Program-made: the position numbers and the translations under genes
Notes under the pieces: model-generated
Seen by the model: only the letters and a program-made list of their open reading frames with translations
What the model was told of the DNA's origin: nothing
The model's database searches: none
In this document: one piece after another, positions 60,946-64,000 of the stretch
Layout: each line of letters opens with the position of its first letter
How positions within the stretch are numbered: position 1 is the stretch's first letter
NCBI GenBank assembly: GCA_008632985.1
Contig: QPGO01000047.1
Span: 264,608-328,607, forward strand
Source of the DNA: Psammoneis japonica
Taxonomy: Eukaryota
Direction of reading: 5' to 3'
DNA: 64,000 bases

Positions 60946-62160
60946 TCAAGACGTGTACGCCATGGTCCCCAGCGGCAAAGGCAACGTGAGTTCCGCCACT
61001 CGAAATGAACAAGACGATTCGACGAAAGGGTGAGGTTGAACTTCTCCATTGAGGTCTTGACCAAGCTGGTGCCACTCATTTGCCTCGTATTCATAGACGC
61101 GGATCTTCTCGGTCCAGCTTCGTTCTTCTTGGATACAGCGAAAAAGCTTTCCACCCACAACAAGACGTCGACCGTCCCCCGAAAGTTCCAGAAACCTACC
61201 AAAATCATTGTTGCTTCCACGCAAGAGTCGCTCTTGTGTCCATAACACAGTATTCTCGTCATAACGATAGACAAACACGTGCCCTTGCGTCTGACAATGG
61301 TACGGAGCTCCCACAGCCAAAACTCGGCCGTGGAATGTGGATGCAGAGAGTGACACAGATATGCCAAACAAGCTGCCAATTTGTTTACCCACAATTTTCT
61401 GACCGAGCGTTTGCCAGTGACCTGAATCTTCACCTCCAATCCACTCATAAACGCGTACATAGCCTGGGTACCTCATGTCAGCAGTGCTTTGATGGGCGCC
61501 CACCGCCAAGTGGTTGGGGTCACTCAGTGAGACTGAGATTCCAAAATTGTCGCTTTCCTCCGATCCTGCCAACTCAATGTCGGCGCCCCGTTGCGTCCAG
61601 TTTTCATCGATCCAATCATAGACGCGAACAAGTCCAGCGTTCAAAGCCCCATCAACAGTCGTATTTGGGGAACCAATTGCGATTGTCTTTCCACTATCGG
61701 AAATCGAGACAGGACCAGCCACAACGCGGTGACTAGAAGGATTTCCACTTTCTAAAACCATTGGAAGACGCAGTTCAGTACCCACTTGTCGCCAATCTTT
61801 ATGTAAAATATTTCTCGAGTACTTGTAGACACGAGCAGCCCCGAAGAACCCGACAGCCAAGAATTCGCCGTCGGGAGTGAGTCGAACGTGTTGCGCAGAC
61901 AAGCAATGGCCATCAGGATTGGATTCAATGTCGTTTCCCAGTTTCTGCCATTCACCATCAGTGGTTTGATGTTGATACACGCGAACAACGCGGTTTCTTT
62001 TAATTCGTCTCCTACTAGAACCGCGACAACGTCCCCAGTCGCTGATAGGGAAACGTGTGTGGCATGTACACGAACACTCTCTCCCACCTGCACCCACTCA
62101 TCCGTTGTAGCCATGGTTTCCTCCTTTTGAAAGTGTGTCATGTTGTGTCGTGCCGCGTTT
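60946..62160 (-). pseudogene. FG-GAP-like beta-propeller repeat protein, frameshifted near both ends
   Basis: SISDSGKTIAIGSP...AGLVRVYDW...WTQRG, FGISVSLS...LAVGA, GYVRVYEW...WQTLGQ repeats. Confidence 0.8.
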
Positions 62161-62326
62161 CTGCGAGTCGCGAGTCGGGGGTCGGGGGAGCGACGGGAGA
62201 CGGGCGAGCGAGCATAAGAGGCAGAAGCGAAGCAAGGACATCACTTTGGGCGCTCCGCGGGTAGAAAAAAATGCTGAAGGGCATGCTGCCGGTAGTATGA
62301 TCGGATTGCATGAAAGGTCAGATGGC

Positions 62327-62440
62327 TACTATAGCTAGAGTAGCAGCTGTTGCCACGATGCTGTAGCTAGCTACTAGTAGAGTTAGTAGCGTGCTACATA
62401 GTTATTTTATGGTGCTCGCTCATCATTTCACGCTACTGTA
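62327..62440. repeat. Second TA-punctuated low-complexity tract
   Basis: tactatagctagagtagc...tagctagctactagtagagttagtagc...tactgta. Confidence 0.6.
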
Positions 62441-62964
62441 GGGCCACCACACAGAATCGGTCACAGTTGAGTGACATATGCCGACGAGGTGCATTTCCAG
62501 TGTTTCATACCATAGCACAAGCTTTGATTGATTGACGCTATAGACAGTTTCGTCGGGTCGAGTTACATAACTGGTTTGCTGTGAGAAAACACCTGGATGG
62601 GCTTTGATCTCCTCAATGCTTTTTCACGGCTCTCCGATCAAGTCATTGCCATTCTGACCACTGCCAAAAGTACTCCCGAGAAGAATTACATATGAACTCG
62701 TGGGTCCACAAAAATGAAACTTTCATTTGTATTCGTTCAATGGATAACTGTACAGTAGAGAGGCCGAGAGGACAGAACCTGGCTAGGGGATGGGGTCACA
62801 AAATGATCCCTGGAAAGCTCCTTGATCATTCTGCTTTCTTTGTACAACTCGGAGATTCAAAAAAGGAAACGGAGACTAAGCCTCTGCCTTGTCGTTTCCA
62901 TGAAGGTAACAATCAGCAAACTCTTGCAGGTCGCTCCACATTCGAAACAGTTGCTTACACTTTT

Positions 62965-63903
62965 TCACGCCACCCACAAGCATTCCGTGAAAGCCTCCCG
63001 GACAGTCACCAGCCTCGCAACCACTCCATGCTCCTCGAGACGCCGCCTATGCTCTTTAGCTTCATCGTGAAACAGATCCAAGTCTCCCACCATAATCCAC
63101 GCAGGCGCTAAACCTGACAGATTTTTCCCGCCGTGATGCCGCGGCATAGGGAAGCAGATTCGCGTCGTCGGGCTCCAAACTCGGTCCCAAGTAACTGGAC
63201 CACGCAAATTGGTTACTTCTATTGTTCCACACAAGGTGTTCGGCTCGAGTTTTGTCCTGGTCAAGGCATGTGCGGTCGTCCAGCATGGGGTAACAAATAA
63301 TCTGACACGCAGAAAGAGGACGCCCCTGGGCATTTTCGTCAAGTAGACGCTGGCATAACTCTGCGGCAAGACCTCCACCAGAACTTTCACCCACCACGGC
63401 GATTCATAAATCATTCGCCGAGCTTTGCTGAGTCATCATCTGTTTCGTCACCCAATCGTACGCGGCAACCAGGTCAAATCTGCAGGAAGCGCTAAAGACT
63501 GGTACGTTTAGTTGGCGCACGAGGCGGTACATACCTTGCTCTCGTTGGCTCCTTCTGAGCATCCCATATCCTATGACTCTTCTTCCTCCGTGAATAAACA
63601 ATATCACTTTGTTTCCCGGTGGGAAGCTGACTCCTTCGGTATCAAAGGGATAAAATTAAATTGCCCAATGCCCTTGAAGTTATGCATCCTGACACCTTGC
63701 TTTGGTTGGCCGGGAAGCTTGGTCAAGGATCGTAAAAGTTTGACTTTCCACATGGAAGTGAAGGTTGTTTTGGTGGGAAGAATTCGCAACAAGGGTCTGA
63801 GCTCTAGATCGACTTGGTCTTTCCATTTGATGGGGCGACCATCGTCCATCGTGATCAGCGCACTGCTTCACCATTTCTGTCGCCGCTGTCGCTTCATCTC
63901 CAT
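62965..63903 (-). pseudogene. Alpha/beta hydrolase (HSL/GDXG esterase family) pseudogene
   Basis: ILFIHGG, VGESSGGGLAA, YPMLDDRT, LSGLAPAWIMVGDLDLF split over several frames with stops. Confidence 0.85.
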
Positions 63904-64000
63904 TCTTCGCGTCTATGGCTACCATTGTCTGTAACCGGTACTTAGATTGCGTTTCCAAGTTGTCGCATTCGCTAATTTCGATGACCTCTCTCCTTTGAGC

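Overview
Eukaryotic nuclear DNA, most likely a diatom (inferred from copia gag/pol of the diatom CoDi type, a bipartite plastid-targeting presequence, and PT/PS-linker and FG-GAP-like repeat proteins). Ordinary genes (holocytochrome c synthase, GCK-domain protein, SDR, Fe-ADH-like, EGF surface protein, a two-exon plastid protein, an acidic disordered protein, an F-box/DUSP-like protein) alternate with pseudogenes and decayed transposons. The main discovery is a set of sharply bounded 2-7 kb domains (about 1-3.2k, 8.8-10.8k, 16.2-18.4k, 21.3-28.6k, 31.0-33.6k, 38.5-43.0k, 58.5-60.2k) that are almost free of the dinucleotide TpA. Paired copies inside the window and systematic Tyr->Cys/His changes in conserved transposon motifs indicate directional TpA->TpG/CpA mutation (A:T->G:C on both strands), on top of CpG decay. 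This is the reverse of fungal RIP and suggests an undescribed genome-defence mutator. A second, linked signal is widespread TA-[0-6 bp]-TA micro-insertions resembling excision footprints of TA-targeting DNA transposons. These frameshift genes and pile up into TA-rich stacks, and two MITE-like elements have target-site duplications that appear to have been converted by the TpA mutator. No rRNA, tRNA or CRISPR array was recognised. All counts and alignments were done by eye.
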